A DNA stretch of 63,352 nucleotides, counting the filler, from Dimargaris cristalligena (taxonomy: Eukaryota): assembly GCA_003614675.1 (NCBI GenBank). It is 22 parts of 22 records of this genome, joined end to end, with 100 filler letters (N's around TTAATTAATTAA, not from the genome) between each part and the next. Parts side by side here need not be neighbours in the genome. Positions count along the whole stretch, not along the records: positions 60,604 to 63,352 come from ML004126.1; 21 more parts are not named here. One strand, written 5' to 3'. The translations under genes were made by a program, and so were the position numbers. Positions 60,679 to 63,352 of the stretch are shown here, one piece after another (position 1 is the first letter of the stretch; each line of letters opens with the position of its first letter). Below the pieces are notes generated by a model, which was given only the letters and a program-made list of their open reading frames with translations, was not told where the DNA came from and did not search any database.

Positions 60679-61999
60679 CACCAGAATCAATATACTAAGT
60701 CTTGGTTGGATTTTCCTTATGGGCAGAGGTCTTGAGGGCCAGGCCAGATTGTTTGGGTTCTTGTTTATGGTAGGGAGGTGCAGGGACCTTAGGTTCACTC
60801 AATTCTATGGCTAACTTTACAGTTTGGGCCTTATATTCATTGTTGGAATGGGAATTCAAATGGTGGTAGTTGCAGTACTTACCAGAGGGTTTCCCCTTTT
60901 TCCCTTTGACCTTTTTAGGGGCTGCAGGTTTGTTGAAACTAGCTACAAGGGCAGAGAAACCAGACATAAGGGGGATTTATTATTGGTATAAATAGTCTCT
61001 GTAAAGACTATCCCTGATATTGGAAAACTTTAGATCAGAAATTTCAGTAGAGTTGAAAATTGCAATTTGAGTTGCAAACTGGTCCTGCCTCATGGAGTTG
61101 ATAAGGATCAGGGAGAAGATTATTTCCTTACCTAGTTTGAGGCTCTCAGTTCTACTTTAGAGTTGCCATACCTTGTTGGCCATCTGGATTGGGGTCTCAT
61201 CATCCTGATGTAGGTTGAAAAGTTGTTAGTAGAGCTCCAGGGTATGTGAGGCCTTATTCGAGTTAAAAGCACTGGCCAGGGTACTCTACATTACATTCAC
61301 AGATGGGCAGGGCCTGGTAATTGGAAGTATATCAGCAGTAACAGAGGCTTGGATCTTAAGCTTAGCCAGGTGGTCTTTCTTATACCAGAACCTGGTGGAA
61401 TCAAACTTGACCTTCTCATCTTCAGTAGTGATAATGAGGGTTGAAAAGGGGGCTTCAACAACTTCCCAGAGGTCATCCAAGTCAAGGTGACTTTGCATTT
61501 GGATGCTCCAGTCATCATAGTTTGTACCAGTAAAGGTAGGAAGAGGGGGAGATTCATTGTAAAGAATTGGCCAATTGTTGGATAGATGGATAAAAGGAAT
61601 GGATGGAGTCAATGGATAAAAATAAAGTAAAAGTTTTTATTAGCTACAAAGGCACAAATATGCAATTGATCAGGACTAATGCACTATTCTGCAAGGATAT
61701 GCAAGTGGTCGATGCACATATGCATGATTATTTCAAAGATAAAAGAATAAACATGCATAAGCAGGGCTCATAACCTGTTGGTATACTAAGGACTTAAAGG
61801 AAATAAAACTTGAAGAAAGGGAAGAAAGCAGCTAGAGGATGGTGGGTGCCTCTAGGTGGTTAGTTTTATTGAACTGTAATTTTCTGTGGGGTGAAATATA
61901 AGTAGCTAATATGAATGATCTCATGATAGCAAAATAAACTAACATAATTAGATGAAAATAGGATAGGATAAAGAACATGTAGGAATATATTCTTCAATA
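60679..61999 (-). mobile_element. 5' part of a Ty1/Copia element: LTR A (61776-61999), PBS (61762-61775), gag pseudogene, start of protease
   Basis: On the minus strand, ...CAACA is directly followed by GGTTATGAGCCCTG. Gag reads FTGTNYDDWSIQMQSHLDLDDLWEVV with a Cx2Hx4Hx4(C>Y) knuckle. The protease motif (W>*)YIDSG is cut by an LTR-B copy at 60678. Confidence 0.9.
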
Positions 62000-63003
62000 G
62001 AAGGGTGATAAAGTTTACCCAAAGGGGAGGGTATTGAATTGGTAAACCCTCTCAAGTAATTGAGTTTGAAAGTATTATTAGAAATTCTGGTAGATACTGA
62101 TAGCTATATAACCATCCTTCAAATCAAAGGATATTGCATGTTGTTCCAGCCAAATAAAGTTCCTGATAGTATCCCAAGTCTTGTAGTATAACATTTATGA
62201 CTAACAAAATGTATTCATGTATCTCAAGTCAGTGATAAGACAGTTCCCACCTCCCTTGTGGGGTATAAGGAAAGAGGGGGAGATGTGGGTACTATTTGGA
62301 ATTTCCCAGATTGCCACAGCTAAAAGCATCCACTTGATCTTGAACTACATGAACCCCACTTCTTCTGGGCTGGCCAAGGATAACTCAGGAATATTGAATG
62401 GGGGTAGGGGGCCCTCTTTCCATAGAATAGCAACCTCATATTTGATCCAATTGAGAACATGGGGGGGGGTTTAAGGAAGCCCAAGTACCCACTGCTGACC
62501 TGACCTGTAAATACAGGGGTCCCTCCTTAGACGGGCTTGGGGAGCTAATCCTAATGAGTGCCTGGCTTCCCCTTTACAGGTTTTACCTTAGTACTATTAC
62601 AATTAACATTGTGTGACCAAATGGTGACCTGAGCTACCACCACTGTTTCCTGATCATATTTCTTAAATATAAACTGGGTAATTAATCCTTGTAAATAGAG
62701 GGAACTATTAGCAGTAAGGTCACTATTATCAGTTGGACTATCTAATCCAACTTAATTTGGAGACAATGATGTCTGCCTCTATTAGGCTTTATAGCACTAT
62801 ATAAACCTTCCCATTATCACCCCCAGTACTATGGAACTACTCTATATCATATACCTGTTCCCCTTCCTGATTCCTTGTTGCATTTTGCACTAATTACTCA
62901 AGTGCTAATCTAAAGACTCTTCCAGTTCCCATCAAAGTCTTCAAAGTCCTCATGGCTATCTAGTTGGCCTATTTAACTTATCCTAATTTCAGTAGTATCC
63001 TTC

Positions 63004-63352
63004 TGTAAAGAACTGAAATCAAATCTTTGAAAACTGAACTTTATGTGAAAAAATAGATGATAAGAAGGGAAAGGTTATGATAGACTTGCTAGTCCAAGAG
63101 GTGGCATTAAGTGGGAGTATTTACACTTGAAAGAGGAAGCCTAAATGAAAAGATAGATGGATAATAGAGGAAGGGAGAGAAGGTCCCAGAATATTAGATG
63201 ACTAAGTAGAGGGAAAGGTAGGGGAGTTCCCAGATAATAGTATTAATCATCACAAAGGATAGGTAATACTCGGGTAACCGATAAATTCAATGTGAAACAA
63301 TAGAAGGGATAAAAAGAAAGGGAGAAAGCTATTGTTAGCTATTCTTTGAACA
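63004..63352 (+). mobile_element. LTR family B, apparently complete copy (~349 bp)
   Basis: Starts TGTAAAGAA and ends TTCTTTGAACA. Three further partial copies lie in the window. It interrupts a decayed Gypsy-like integrase region. Confidence 0.8.

Overview
This is not one locus. It is 22 unrelated short contigs (about 2.7-2.8 kb each, roughly decreasing in length) joined by artificial 100-nt linkers (N44-TTAATTAATTAA-N44), so neighbourhood across linkers means nothing. Most contigs look like an intron-poor early-diverging fungus; a Zoopagomycota/Dimargaritales-like mycoparasite is my inference and is not demonstrated. The fungal contigs carry housekeeping genes (lysyl-tRNA synthetase, PFK-2/FBPase-2 with two introns, an ankyrin protein, a RasGAP-like protein, a FUSC/ArAE transporter, tRNA-His), two intronless NRPS fragments with E-like and DCL-type domains, and several small secreted effector-like proteins including a signal-peptide + F-box gene. 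They also carry nested, C-to-T-decayed retroelements: Ty3/Gypsy, Ty1/Copia with a half-tRNA PBS, and a DIRS element with methyltransferase and tyrosine recombinase domains interrupted by a solo LTR with a 5-bp TSD. Two AT-rich, intronless contigs (2934-5762 and 11697-14508) look like large-DNA-virus (Nucleocytoviricota-like) sequence. They hold a frameshifted 24-aa NPDKPWxW repeat gene, a dUTPase, orphan ORFs, a 31-bp repeat array, recurring TTATCGATAA palindromes and a ~120-bp inverted cassette ending in ATG. These two contigs are the most interesting signal in the window. One contig (52080-54790) is bacterial (Bacteroidota-like). Two contigs contain gene-internal inversions typical of whole-genome-amplification chimeras.
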